In this document: piece by piece, positions 19,332-29,817 of the stretch
How positions within the stretch are numbered: the first letter of the stretch is position 1
Layout of the letters: each line of letters opens with the position of its first letter
NCBI GenBank assembly: GCA_963845515.1
Contig: CAWJSR010000035.1
Location: forward strand, 1-64,000
Direction of reading: 5' to 3'
DNA from: an uncultured delta proteobacterium
GTDB taxonomy: Bacteria; Myxococcota; Myxococcia; Myxococcales; Anaeromyxobacteraceae
DNA: 64,000 nucleotides
Position numbers and translations under genes: made by a program
Notes under the pieces: generated by a model
What the model was told of the DNA's origin: nothing
Databases searched by the model: none
Seen by the model: the letters and a program-made list of their open reading frames with translations, nothing else

Positions 19332-20978
19332 ATGAGCCTCTTCCTGCGCGAGCCGGGCTGGTTCAAGGACGCGATCGTCTACGAGACGCACGTCAAGGCG
19401 TTCTTCGACTCCACCGGCGACGGGATCGGCGACATCCCGGGGCTCGCGTCGAAGCTCGACTACCTGCAGGAGCTCGGCATCACCTGCCTCTGGCTGCTCC
19501 CCTTCTTCCCCTCCCCGCTCCGCGACGACGGCTACGACATCGCGGACTACCTCGACGTCCACCCCGCCTACGGGACGCTCGACCAGTTCCGTCACCTGGT
19601 CGACGAGGCACACCTGCGTGGCATCGCGGTGCTGATCGAGCTCGTGGTCAACCACACCTCGGACCAGCACCCGTGGTTCCAGCGCGCGCGCAAGGCGCCG
19701 GCGGGCTCGGCCGAGCGCGCCTGGTACGTCTGGAGCGACACCGACGCGCTCTACAAGGACGCGCGGATCATCTTCCTCGACACCGAGCGCTCCAACTGGA
19801 CCTGGGATCCCGAGGCGCGCGCCTTCTACTGGCACCGCTTCTTCAGCCACCAGCCAGACCTCAACTTCGAGAACCCCGCGGTGATCGACGCGGTCGTCGA
19901 GGTGATGCGCTTCTGGCTGGAGATCGGCGTGGATGGCTTCCGGCTCGACGCCATCCCGTACCTGGTGGAGCGCGACGGCACGAGCTGCGAGAACCTCCCG
20001 GAGACCCACCGCGTGATCAAGCGGATCCGGGCCGAGATCCAGGCGCACGACCCGAGCTGCCTCCTCCTCGCCGAGGCCAACCAGATGCCCCGCGACGTCC
20101 GCGCCTACTTCGGCGACGGGGACGAGTGCCACATGGCCTTCCACTTCCCGCTGATGCCCCGGCTCTTCATGGGGTTGCGGCGGGAGGACGCCGAGCCGAT
20201 CGCCGAGATCATCGCGCAGACGCCGGCCATCCCGGAGAGCTGCCAGTGGGGGCTCTTCCTGCGCAACCACGACGAGCTGACGCTGGAGATGGTGACCGAG
20301 GACGAGCGGAGCTACATGGTGCTTGCCTACGCGCGCGACGCGCGCGCCCGGCTCAACCTCGGGATCCGCCGTCGCCTCGCGCCGCTCGTCGCCAACAGCC
20401 GCCCGCGGATCGAGCTGCTCCACGCCATCCTCTTCTCCTTCCCAGGGACGCCGTTCCTCTACTACGGCGACGAGATCGGCATGGGCGACGACGTGGCCCG
20501 GCCGGACCGTGACGGCGTCAGGACGCCGATGCAGTGGAGCGCCGGGGCCACCGCCGGCTTCTCGACCGCGTCGCCGGAGCAGCTCTACTCGCGCCCGATC
20601 TCCGACCCGGTCTACGGCTCGCACGCAGTGAACGTGGAGGCGCAGGTCAGGGACGCCTCGTCGCTGCTCCACTGGATGCGCAAGATGATCAGGCTCCGCC
20701 GCCAGTTCGGCGTCTTCGGCCGGGGGACGATGGAGCTGATCCCCTGCGCGACCCGACCGATCCTGGCCTGGCTGCGCCGCTACGGCGAGGACGTCGTCCT
20801 CTGCGTCGCCAACCTGTCGCGCACCCCGCAGCCGGCCGAGCTGGATCTCGCGGCCTTCGAGGGCTGGGTCCCGCACGAGCTGCTCGGCTTCACCCCGTTC
20901 CCGGCGATCCGGCGGGAGCCGTACTTCCTCAGCCTCGGCGGCTACGGCTTCTACTGGTTCGAGCTGCGAAAGCCGTGA
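19332..20978 (+). CDS. treS: Trehalose synthase (maltose alpha-D-glucosyltransferase, GH13) without a fused maltokinase
   Basis: SPLRDDGYDIADY, NHTSDQHPWF, RFFSHQPDLN, GFRLDAIPYL, EANQ, FLRNHDELTLEMV. Confidence 0.95.
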   Translation: MSLFLREPGWFKDAIVYETHVKAFFDSTGDGIGDIPGLASKLDYLQELGITCLWLLPFFPSPLRDDGYDIADYLDVHPAYGTLDQFRHLVDEAHLRGIAVLIELVVNHTSDQHPWFQRARKAPAGSAERAWYVWSDTDALYKDARIIFLDTERSNWTWDPEARAFYWHRFFSHQPDLNFENPAVIDAVVEVMRFWLEIGVDGFRLDAIPYLVERDGTSCENLPETHRVIKRIRAEIQAHDPSCLLLAEANQMPRDVRAYFGDGDECHMAFHFPLMPRLFMGLRREDAEPIAEIIAQTPAIPESCQWGLFLRNHDELTLEMVTEDERSYMVLAYARDARARLNLGIRRRLAPLVANSRPRIELLHAILFSFPGTPFLYYGDEIGMGDDVARPDRDGVRTPMQWSAGATAGFSTASPEQLYSRPISDPVYGSHAVNVEAQVRDASSLLHWMRKMIRLRRQFGVFGRGTMELIPCATRPILAWLRRYGEDVVLCVANLSRTPQPAELDLAAFEGWVPHELLGFTPFPAIRREPYFLSLGGYGFYWFELRKP

Positions 20979-21043
20979 CTCGCGGTGCGGCGGCACGCTA
21001 GGCTGCGCCCCGCTTCCACAGCCGAGTTCCGCGGAGTCCCACC

Positions 21044-22345
21044 ATGCGCCGTCGGCTCCTACCCTTCCTCCAGCTCCTCGCCGTCGCGGGCGTGGCGCTG
21101 GACTGCGCAACGCCCGAAACCCCACGGCAGCTCACGGAGGCCCCAAAAGCTCCCGACACGGCAGCGCCGGTCCTCATCCCCGGCAACAAGCCATACAAGC
21201 CGCCCCCTCCGGGACCGCCGGTCTTCATCGGGCTCGACGCCGAGCTCGGCCTGGCCGGGAGCAGCTCCGCGGAGGCGATCCGAAACGGAATCCAGATCGC
21301 CCTCGAGGAGATCAACGCGGCCGGGGGCGTGCTGTACGGCCGGCCGCTGACGCTGGAGGTGCGGGCCAACGACATGGAACCCAGGCGGAGCATCGCCAAC
21401 GTCCAGGAGCTCGCCGCCATCCCGGACATGGTCGCGATCTACTGCGGCCGCTCCAGCCCGACGGTGGTGGAGGCCCTCCCCATCATCCAGCAGCTCGGGA
21501 TCCCCCTGCTCGATCCCTGGGCCTCCGACGATGCCATCGTCGACAATGGGTTCACCCCGAGCTACGTCTTCCGGCTCTCGCTGCGCGACTCCTGGGCAAT
21601 GCCGGCGATGATCGACCACGCGCGGTCGCTGGGCACGCGCCGCGTCGGGATGCTGCTCCCCGACAGCGACTGGGGCCGCGGGCAGCTCGCGGCGGCCGAG
21701 CGGATCATCGCCGGGGATCCGTCCTTCCGGATCGTGGGGACGCAGTGGTTCGGCGTGGACGACCAGGGCGTCCTGGAGAAGTACTACGCGCTGCGCGACG
21801 CCCGCGCGCAGGCAATCCTCCTGGTTGCCGACGCCACTCAGGCCGAGCTCCTGCTGCGGGAGGTGGCGGCTCTGCGAGCGAGGCAGAGGCTCCCGATCAT
21901 CAGCCACTGGGGCGCGGCGGGTGGAAGGCTTGCCCAGGTCGCCGGGCCGCAGCTCCGCAAGGTCGAGTTCTCCGTGGTCCAGAGCTACAGCTTCGTCGAC
22001 GCAGGCGACGAGGCCGCGCGCCGCGTGATCGCCGCTCACGACCGGCTCTTCAAGACCAGCGGCGCCCGCACCATCGAGTCGCCGATCGGGGTCGCGCACG
22101 CGTACGACCTGACCCATATCCTGGCACGGGCGATCAACCTGGCCGGGACCACCGACCGGAAGGCGGTGCGCGACGCGCTCGAGCGGCTGGGACCGTACAC
22201 GGGGCTGATCCGCACCTACGTGCCGCCCTTCACCCCGGAGCGCCACGAGGCCCTCGGACCGGAGCAGGCCTTCATGGCGGAGTATGGGCAGAGCGGCGCG
22301 CTCGAGCCGATCCGCGTGCCGCGCCGGCGCACGCTCGAGGACTGA
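21044..22345 (+). CDS. Type-1 periplasmic binding protein (LivK-like), orphan
   Basis: Signal peptide, ALEEINAAGGVLYGRPL, YVFRLS, AYDLTHILARAI; no ABC permease adjacent. Confidence 0.85.
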   Translation: MRRRLLPFLQLLAVAGVALDCATPETPRQLTEAPKAPDTAAPVLIPGNKPYKPPPPGPPVFIGLDAELGLAGSSSAEAIRNGIQIALEEINAAGGVLYGRPLTLEVRANDMEPRRSIANVQELAAIPDMVAIYCGRSSPTVVEALPIIQQLGIPLLDPWASDDAIVDNGFTPSYVFRLSLRDSWAMPAMIDHARSLGTRRVGMLLPDSDWGRGQLAAAERIIAGDPSFRIVGTQWFGVDDQGVLEKYYALRDARAQAILLVADATQAELLLREVAALRARQRLPIISHWGAAGGRLAQVAGPQLRKVEFSVVQSYSFVDAGDEAARRVIAAHDRLFKTSGARTIESPIGVAHAYDLTHILARAINLAGTTDRKAVRDALERLGPYTGLIRTYVPPFTPERHEALGPEQAFMAEYGQSGALEPIRVPRRRTLED

Positions 22346-22366
22346 GGATCCGCGGCCCGGCCGCGA

Positions 22367-23925
22367 TCACGGGGCGGCCGTGCGCTGGGCTCCCGAGCGC
22401 CCGTGGATCGCAGTCAGCGCTCCGAGCCGCGCCGCGAGCGCCGGCGTGAGCGCGCCCTCGAGGAAGCGCCAGCGCCAGTTGCCGGACGCCGTCGAGGGCC
22501 GGTTCATCCGCGCCTCGGAGCCGAGGCCGAGCACGTCCTGGAGGGGGAAGACGACGGTGTCGGCGACGGAGGCCTCCAGCGTCGCGATGAAGGTCCAGTT
22601 CATCCCGAGGCCGTCGGCGCGTAGGTAGGCGCGCGCGCGCGCCTTCTCGCGCCTGACGTCGTCCGGGGTGCGGACCGAGTCCCCCCCTCGCTGGCCCACC
22701 AGCCCTGGACCGTGTCGTTGTCGTGGGTCCCGGAGTAGGCGACGAGGTCGCGCCCGTAGTTATGGGGCAGGAAGCTCGGCGCCTGCGGGTCGTTGCCGAA
22801 CCCGAACTGGAGGATCGCCATGCCAGGCATCCCGAAGCGGTGTCGCAGCGCCTCGACGGCAGGCGTGATCACGCCGAGGTTCTCGGCGATGAGCGGGAGC
22901 GGGTCGCCCAGCTCGAGCCGCAGCCGCTCGAAGAAGGGAGCACCGGGCCCCGGGAGCCACGCTCCCTGCCGCGCGGTGGTCGCGCCGGCGGGGACCGCCC
23001 AGTAGGCCTCGAAGCCCCGGAAGTGATCGAGCCTGAGCACGTCGACCTGCCCCAGCCCGGCCCGGATCCGGTCGACGAAGAAGCGGAAGCCGTCGCGCGC
23101 GAGCGCGTCCCAGCGGTAGAGCGGGTTGCCCCAGAGCTGGCCGTCGGCGCTGAAGTAGTCCGGCGGTACGCCCGCCACGGCGCTCGGTGAGCCATCCGCG
23201 TCGAGCACGAACAGGTCGCGGCGCGCCCAGACGTCGGCGCTGTCGAGCGCGACGTAGATCGGGAGGTCGCCGACGAGCAGCAGGCCGCGCTCGTGGCAGT
23301 GGGCGCGCAGCGCCGCCCACTGCTCCGCGAAGAGGAACTGCGCGAAAGCCTGTTCCCTCACCTCCTCGGCGAGCTCGCCCGCCGCCGCCGCGACCGCGGA
23401 CGGCTCGCAGGCCGCGAGCGGCGCGGGCCAGCGCCACCAGGGCTGGCCGGCTGCGCGGGCCTTGAGCGCGAGGAAGATCGCGAGCCGCTCGAGCTCCGGC
23501 GACGCGTGTCGGAACTCCTCGAACGCGCGCCGGCGCCCCGGCGAGGCGCGCTCGGCGAAGCGACGGGCCGCTCGCGACAGCAGCGCGGACTTCCAGGGGA
23601 TCACCCGCTCGAACTCCACCGCCGCTGCCGGGAACGCGGCCGTGGTGAGGTCTCCAGCCTCCAGCAGCCCCTCGTCGACGAGCGGCTCCAGGGCGACGAG
23701 CAGGGGGTTGCCGCCGGACGCGCCGAGCCCCTGGTAGGGCGAGTCGCCGTAGCCGGTGGGGGCGAGCGGCAGGACCTGCCAGACGCTCTGGCCAGCCCTC
23801 GCCAGGAAGTCCGCGAAGTCGAAGGCAGCGCGGCCGAGATCGCCGATCCCGTAGGCTCCCGGCAGGGACGATGGGTGGAGCAGGATCCCGGAGCGGCGCC
23901 GGTCGCCGAGGCGGCTGGTCGTCAT
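22367..23925 (-). CDS. malQ: 4-alpha-glucanotransferase (amylomaltase, GH77); frameshift at ~22690
   Basis: SGILLHPSSLP, GDLPIYVA, GVPPDYFS..GQLWGNP, RLDHFRGF, AENLG, YSGTHDN, RMNRPS..SGNWRWR. Confidence 0.93.
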
Positions 23926-23934
23926 CGGCGCACG

Positions 23935-24642
23935 CTACATGTGCTGCAGGTCGTCGCCACCGCCACGCTTCGTCTCCTCTTCCGACGCCCCTGCGCGCCG
24001 CTCGAGCGCGCGCGCCACCGCGTCGCGCGCGCCCAGGCCGAAGGCGAGCGCCAGCGCCAGCGCGAAGCCCCCGACCACGATCCCCAGGAAGATGGGGAGG
24101 ACCGTGCCGCCGACCCCCACGTGTTCCAGCGCCATCCCGGACGCCACGACGAGGACGAGCCAGCGCGCCGAGCCGGCCACGAGCCTCGCCGACTGGACGC
24201 CGAAGTTGACCGCGGAGATGAGCAGCTGGCGCTCCAGGATCCTGGCAGCCGCGGACCCTGCGACGAGGATGACGGCTGCCGCCAGCACGTGCGGCACGTA
24301 ATCGGCTGCGCGCGACGTGAGGGTCGTGTTCGCGGCGGCGTCGAAGATCGCGAGGCCGAGCAGCAGGCCGAAGGCGAGCACCGAGCCGCTCCCGAGCCGG
24401 ACGACGACCGTGGAGGGGGTGGCCCGCCCGGGCGCGGCGCTCGCCAACCCCCACCGCGCCGCCCAGCGGTCGAGCTCCAGCCGCGCGCAGAGCCGGTTCA
24501 GCCCGACGCGGACCAGGACCGCCGCCAGGAGGGAGACCGCGAAGACCACGATGAGCGCGAGGAGTCCTGGCGCCACGCGCGCCACCGCCGTCACGGCGCG
24601 CTCCATGGACTGGATGAAGATCGACTGAGTCTTCTCCCACAT
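23935..24642 (-). CDS. TM-helix-repeat membrane protein (CmpX / mechanosensitive channel-like)
   Basis: Two P..LAA..I TM repeats and C-terminal ALALAFGLGARD. Confidence 0.75.
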   Translation of the reverse strand: MWEKTQSIFIQSMERAVTAVARVAPGLLALIVVFAVSLLAAVLVRVGLNRLCARLELDRWAARWGLASAAPGRATPSTVVVRLGSGSVLAFGLLLGLAIFDAAANTTLTSRAADYVPHVLAAAVILVAGSAAARILERQLLISAVNFGVQSARLVAGSARWLVLVVASGMALEHVGVGGTVLPIFLGIVVGGFALALALAFGLGARDAVARALERRAGASEEETKRGGGDDLQHM

Positions 24643-24654
24643 GGCATGTCCCTC

Positions 24655-25917
24655 CTACGGCGCGAAGGTCTCGGGCCAGCGAAAGCGCCCAACCAGGTAA
24701 CGCTTCTCGGCCTCGAAGGCGCGGCAGAGCCGCTCCACCCGCTCCTCCGCGGCCACAGGATCGAGCCCATGCAGCTCGCTGGCGAAGCTCCCCACCCATC
24801 CAAGGTAGAGCGGGGTCATCGAGCGCAGGAGCTGCTGCCGCTCGACCGAACGGACGGAGTGGGCGACCGCGAAGTCGAAGACCACCCTCGCCCAGAGCCG
24901 GTCCTCGATCCGGAAGGCCGTCGCGGGCAGGGCTCCGGAGCGCTGCAGCTGGAAGAGGGTCCCTGGAGGCAGGACCTGATGCCAGATCGGCACCAGCTCA
25001 CGCAGACCGAGCCGGAACGCCTCCACGAGCTTCCCGACGTCTGGCTGCGGCGACGGCCCCTCGGGGCGCGCCGGGCTCCCGAAGACCGGCACCCGCCGCG
25101 GCGCGGCGATCCGCTGCCAGAACGCAGGCTGGCGCTCCGCCTCCGCGAAGACCAGCCCGAGCACGCGGGCGAGCACCTCGCTCGGATCCGTGCGATCGAG
25201 GTTGGGGCGCGGCCAGTGGCCGAGGTGGGCCTGGCAGACCCGTGCGCCAGAGGAGAGCGCCTTGCCCACGAGCCATGCGTCGCCACCCGCGGCGCCGGGG
25301 TCCCGGCGCCAGTCGGGGTCGTCGAGGAGCCGGGCGCCGAAGCGCATGGAGAGCGCGACCTCGCCGCCCAGCGGCTGCCGCAGCGCCACCCCGTAGAGGG
25401 CCCGCGTGAACGGGTAGACCACGCCGGTGTTGAGCGCGCCGTCCAGCGGATGCCGGTCGTAGGTGACGCTGACGAAGTCGAACCCCTCGGCGAGGATCGG
25501 CCGGAGCAGGCCGCGCGTCCAGCCGGCGGGGAGCCCCTCATGCTCTCCAGCCACGAAGGCGACGGCCGCCGCGTCCCTGGCCGCCCCCTCGGCTAGCAGG
25601 AGGCGGGAGGCGCTCGCGCCTCCACCGATGCCACCCACGGCGAGGGAGACCGGGAGGCCGCGCTGCCCGTCGGGCGGCGGCGCCTCGTCGCCATCCAGGA
25701 GCACCGGCACACCGGCTCCCCACGAGACGAAGCGGAGGCGGAGATCGACCGGGCCGCGCTCCCCTCGCACGGCTGCTGCGATGGCGCGCACGTTCGCGTC
25801 GGTCGCCGCAGGCGAGCGAAGGTCGATCGCGACGACGGCGATGGGCGCGGCCACCGCGGTCGCGGCCGCCGAGTCCTGCCCCTGGGTCGCAGGCGCGCTG
25901 TCCGCCGGCTCGCTCAC
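24655..25917 (-). CDS. Glucosylglycerate-synthase-like GT-A protein with degenerate N-terminus
   Basis: FDFVSVTYDRHPLDGALNTGVVYPFTRALYGVALRQPLGGE and LWARVVFDFA...PLYLGWVGSF...FEAEKRYL match the Ggs/Mgs-like family; no DxD visible. Confidence 0.7.
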   Translation of the reverse strand: MSEPADSAPATQGQDSAAATAVAAPIAVVAIDLRSPAATDANVRAIAAAVRGERGPVDLRLRFVSWGAGVPVLLDGDEAPPPDGQRGLPVSLAVGGIGGGASASRLLLAEGAARDAAAVAFVAGEHEGLPAGWTRGLLRPILAEGFDFVSVTYDRHPLDGALNTGVVYPFTRALYGVALRQPLGGEVALSMRFGARLLDDPDWRRDPGAAGGDAWLVGKALSSGARVCQAHLGHWPRPNLDRTDPSEVLARVLGLVFAEAERQPAFWQRIAAPRRVPVFGSPARPEGPSPQPDVGKLVEAFRLGLRELVPIWHQVLPPGTLFQLQRSGALPATAFRIEDRLWARVVFDFAVAHSVRSVERQQLLRSMTPLYLGWVGSFASELHGLDPVAAEERVERLCRAFEAEKRYLVGRFRWPETFAP

Positions 25918-26065
25918 CGCTCAACCGTACCGGGATCCCGCCGGTGCGCAATGGCTCGCTGCCAGCGCGCCCCGTCGAGGCTTCCCACCGCGGCGCGTCC
26001 GTTGCGCCGACGGAGGCCGCTTCGCACGGTCGACAGCCCCGTTCGCCCGTGCTCTCCTCCGCGCC

Positions 26066-26923
26066 ATGCGGCCCGTTCGCGACACCGGCGCCGACCACGT
26101 CGCCACCGCCGTGACCGTCCGCAGGGCGGTCGTGGCGACCGTCGTCGTCGTGACGTGGACGCTCCTCGTGGCCGCCTACGCCTGGCTCGGAGAGCCCGGC
26201 TGGATCGAGGTGAGCCACGGCACCGTGGGCGTCCCTGCAGCGGGCCGCCGCCCCTTCCGGATCGTCCAACTCGGCGACCTTCACCTCCAGCGGATCGGCG
26301 CGCGTGAGCGGCGGGTGGCGGCGGCGGTGAGGGAAGCACGTCCGGACCTCGTCGCACTCTGTGGCGACCTGGTCGACGGGCCGGAGGCGCTCCCGGTGCT
26401 CGACGCCTTCCTCGCGCTGACAGGGGAGGCGCCCAGGACCGTGGCCGTGCTCGGAAGCTGGGAGGGGCTGTCGGGCGTCGAGCGGGAGTCGCTCCGGGCC
26501 GTCCTCTCGCACCGTGGGGCAAGGCTGCTGGTGAACGAGACGATGAGGCTGGAGCACGACGGTCGCCCGCTCGCCGTCGTCGGGCTCGGCGACGCCACCG
26601 CGGGCCGGGCGGATCCCAGGAGGGCGGCGGAGAGCGCCGCCGGACTCCGCAACGTGGTCGCGGTCAGCCACTCTCCCGTCGCGCGCGACGCGTGGGACGG
26701 GCCCCCAGTGACGTTCATGCTGGCGGCCAACACCCACGGCGGACAGGTGGCCTTCCTCGGCTACGCTCCGGCGCGCCCCGCGGGGAGCGGCGCCTACCTG
26801 GCCGGCTGGTACCGAGGCGCGCCCTTCGACGCGTACGTCACGAGGGGGATCGGCACTTCGATCCTGCCCATCCGCTTCGGGGCGCGGCCGGAGGTGGCCG
26901 TCTTCGACTGGTGGCTGCGCTAG
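26066..26923 (+). CDS. Calcineurin-like metallophosphoesterase (YkuE/YaeI-like) with altered motifs
   Basis: N-terminal TM, GDLH, GDLVD, GSWE, SHSP, ANTHGGQ, YVTRGIG, RFGARPE. Confidence 0.8.
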   Translation: MRPVRDTGADHVATAVTVRRAVVATVVVVTWTLLVAAYAWLGEPGWIEVSHGTVGVPAAGRRPFRIVQLGDLHLQRIGARERRVAAAVREARPDLVALCGDLVDGPEALPVLDAFLALTGEAPRTVAVLGSWEGLSGVERESLRAVLSHRGARLLVNETMRLEHDGRPLAVVGLGDATAGRADPRRAAESAAGLRNVVAVSHSPVARDAWDGPPVTFMLAANTHGGQVAFLGYAPARPAGSGAYLAGWYRGAPFDAYVTRGIGTSILPIRFGARPEVAVFDWWLR

Positions 26924-27174
26924 GAACCCGCCGCGACGGCGTCCCTTCGCCCGCGAAGAGTGAGCGCCTCTCGACACGCTCAGCCTTGACCGTGAGTGAC
27001 GCTGCGCATCACCTGCAGGGGTGCGGCCCCGCGCGGGGTCTACCTTTCCCCACATCGGAGCCGGATCGAACACGGATGAAGTACTCGGTGAAGGCTACGC
27101 GCGTGGGGCGGCCCCATCGCTCGTGGCCCTCGGCGTTGAACCCGATCGACTGGCTCCCAAAGGCAGGGCCCCAC

Positions 27175-29166
27175 ATGCGCACCATCGACCGAATCCTGTT
27201 GCTGATCCTCCTCGGCGGCGCAACTCGCACGGTTGCTGCGCCGCTCCCCGGCGGTTCTCTCGACCCGCGCACGGTTCCCAAGTACGTGGAGTTCGTCACC
27301 ATTCCGCCCATGATGCCGCTCGCGACCGACGCGGGTGGCGTGCCGCTCCCCAACACCTACGACGTCGCCATCCGGCAGTTCCCGCAGCAGGTCCTCCCGC
27401 CTGCGTTCCCCGTGACCACGGTCTGGGGCTACGGCTCCACGCAGGACCCGGCCACGTTCAACTACCCGGCCTTCACGCTCGAGGCAGCGCAGGGGGTCCC
27501 GACCACGGTGACCTGGAGAAACGAGCTCGTTGACGCCGCGAACAACTACCTGCCGCACCTCATCCCGGTCGACCAGACGCTCCACTGGGCGAACCCTCCG
27601 ATGGCGTGCATCACCGGCATGGTGTCGACCGACTGCCGTGGCTTCGACCAGGCGGCCTATACGGGCCCGGTCCCGATCATCACGCACCTGCACGGCTCCC
27701 ACGTCGATCCAGTGAGCGACGGCTATCCCGAGGCCTGGTACCTCCCCGCAGCCGCGAACATCCCCGCCGGGTACGCGACCCAGGGATCGAACTACGGCAC
27801 CGCGCTGCCGGCCCCCGCCGGCGCGGCGGTCTTCGTCTACCGGAATGACCAGCGGGCGACGACGCTCTGGTACCACGACCACGCCCTCGGCATGACCCGC
27901 GCCAACGTGTACGCGGGGCTGGCCGGGTTCTACCTGCACCGCGACGCCTACGAGGCGACCCTCGGCCTTCCCGGGCCGTACGGCGCCTACGAGATCCCGC
28001 TCGTCATCCAGGACAGGTCCTTCAACGCCGACGGTTCGCTCTTCTACCCGACCAGCCGGGTCTTCTTCGACGGCTTCGCCGGCCCTTACATCCCGACCGC
28101 CGGCAGCGACGTCTCCCCGATCTGGAACCCCGAGTTCTTCGGCAACACCATGGTCGTCAACGGGAAGACCTGGCCGAAGCTGAACGTCGAGCCGAGGAAG
28201 TACCGCCTCCGCTTCCTGAACGGCAGCGACTCGCGGTTCGTCATCATCCAGTTCGCCAGCACCAGGCTGAGGAAGATCCCGCTCAACATCAACGTGATCG
28301 GGAACGACGGCGGGTTCCTGGTGGGCGCTCCGGTCCCCGTGGGGTCGCTCCTCATCGGCCCCGGCGAGCGGTACGACACGATCGTCGACTTCTCGGCGTT
28401 CGCGCCCGGCACCCGGATCATCCTTACGAACGTCGGCCCGGACATGCCGTTCGGCGGCGGGGCCGTCCCGCGCGGCCGCGCGGCCGATCCGGGCACCACC
28501 GGCCAGGTGATGGCGTTCGACGTCGTCCCGCTCACCGCGCCCGACACGAGCACCCTCCCGGCCATGCTCAATCCGCCGCCCGACCCGTTCGGCATGCCGG
28601 CCCCCGTGCTGAACCCGTTCCGCACGGTGACGCTGACCGAGTTCCAGTCGGTGATCGCCCCCGGCCCCTCCGAGGCGCAGCTCGGCGACGCGTACGGGCC
28701 GCTCCCGTGGATGGCTCCCATCACCGAGAACCCCGCCGCGGGCACGACCGAGGTCTGGGGCATCGTGAACACCACGGCTGACGCGCACCCCATCCACCTC
28801 CACCAGGTCCAGTTCGAGGTGGTCGGGCGCGTCGCGCTCGACATGAAGCTCTACAATGCGGCGCTGGCGGCGTGCCCGCGTCCCGTGGCCATGGCCCTGG
28901 CCAGGCCACCGCCCCCCGCGCCGAGCTGCCCGCCCGACCCGCGGCTCTTCGTGAAGGCCGGCGCCGTCCAGACACCCCCGGCACCGTGGGAGATGGGCCA
29001 GAAGGACACCGTCGCGTCGAACCCCGGCGAGCTGACCATCCTGCGGGCGTTCTTCGACATCCCCGGGCTGTACGTGTGGCACTGCCACATCCTCTCGCAC
29101 GAGGACAACGAGATGATGCGGCCGTTCTGCGTCACCGACGCGAACACGCCGTCCTGCACGCCGTAA
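27175..29166 (+). CDS. Multicopper oxidase (CotA / bilirubin oxidase-like), secreted
   Basis: HLHG, WYHDH, HPIHLH, WHCHILSHEDNEMM copper motifs; N-terminal signal peptide. Confidence 0.93.
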   Translation: MRTIDRILLLILLGGATRTVAAPLPGGSLDPRTVPKYVEFVTIPPMMPLATDAGGVPLPNTYDVAIRQFPQQVLPPAFPVTTVWGYGSTQDPATFNYPAFTLEAAQGVPTTVTWRNELVDAANNYLPHLIPVDQTLHWANPPMACITGMVSTDCRGFDQAAYTGPVPIITHLHGSHVDPVSDGYPEAWYLPAAANIPAGYATQGSNYGTALPAPAGAAVFVYRNDQRATTLWYHDHALGMTRANVYAGLAGFYLHRDAYEATLGLPGPYGAYEIPLVIQDRSFNADGSLFYPTSRVFFDGFAGPYIPTAGSDVSPIWNPEFFGNTMVVNGKTWPKLNVEPRKYRLRFLNGSDSRFVIIQFASTRLRKIPLNINVIGNDGGFLVGAPVPVGSLLIGPGERYDTIVDFSAFAPGTRIILTNVGPDMPFGGGAVPRGRAADPGTTGQVMAFDVVPLTAPDTSTLPAMLNPPPDPFGMPAPVLNPFRTVTLTEFQSVIAPGPSEAQLGDAYGPLPWMAPITENPAAGTTEVWGIVNTTADAHPIHLHQVQFEVVGRVALDMKLYNAALAACPRPVAMALARPPPPAPSCPPDPRLFVKAGAVQTPPAPWEMGQKDTVASNPGELTILRAFFDIPGLYVWHCHILSHEDNEMMRPFCVTDANTPSCTP

Positions 29167-29185
29167 GGGCGCGTAGCTGACGGCG

Positions 29186-29217
29186 GGGCCCCGCTCGCCT
29201 GGAGGCGGGCGGGGCCC
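29186..29217. terminator. GC hairpin between convergent multicopper oxidase and yceI-family genes
   Basis: GGGCCCCGCTCGCC-TGGA-GGCGGGCGGGGCCC, 14-bp stem with one G:U pair. Confidence 0.65.
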
Positions 29218-29265
29218 TTGTCGTCTCGATGAGCCGACGACTGCTTTCGCGGCGCCCTTCGGAGC

Positions 29266-29817
29266 TCAAGCGGCCGCTGGGACGGCCGCGACCTTCTTCA
29301 CTGCCTCGAGCTCGATCGAGATCTCGACCTTCTCCCCGACCAGCACGCCACCGGCCTCCAGCGCGGTGTTCCAGAGGAGGCCGTAGTCGCGCCGGTCGAG
29401 CGAGGTCTTCGCTGCGAAGCCGGCCCGCTGGTTGCCCCAGGGATCCTTCGCGAGCCCGGCGAACTCGGCGTCGAGCACCACCTCGCGGGTGGTGCCGCGG
29501 ATGGTCAGATCACCGGTGACGCGGTACGCGTCGCCGCTCTTCTCGATGCGACGCGACTTGAAGGTGAGCGCCGGGTGGTTGGCCGCGTCGAGGAAGTCGG
29601 CAGACTTCAGGTGGACGTCGCGGTCGGCGACCTGGGTGTCGATGGAGGCTGCCTCGATGCTCACGTCGACGCTGGAGCGCGTCGGATCCTGCTCGTCCAG
29701 GTTCACCGTGCCGGTCCACCTGGCGAAGCGGCCGTGCACCTTGGAGATGACGAGGTGGCGCACCCAGAAGTGGATGGCCGAGTGGCTGGTGTCGATGTCC
29801 CACGTGTTCGTTGCCAT
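29266..29817 (-). CDS. YceI-family polyisoprenoid-binding protein
   Basis: WDIDTSHSAIHFWVRHL, RDVHLKSADF, GDLTIRGTT, DPWGNQRAGF. Confidence 0.92.
   Translation of the reverse strand: MATNTWDIDTSHSAIHFWVRHLVISKVHGRFARWTGTVNLDEQDPTRSSVDVSIEAASIDTQVADRDVHLKSADFLDAANHPALTFKSRRIEKSGDAYRVTGDLTIRGTTREVVLDAEFAGLAKDPWGNQRAGFAAKTSLDRRDYGLLWNTALEAGGVLVGEKVEISIELEAVKKVAAVPAAA

Noticed and set aside
16209..21125. 1638-aa ORF suggesting an OtsA-OtsB fusion with a long N-terminal extension
   Set aside because: The first ~645 aa are the antisense of treS. Shifting frame at ~17022 gives a natural OtsA ending (...TRRQERLATRLSGGPGGASA*) whose TGA overlaps the otsB GTG, so the fusion is most likely an indel artefact.
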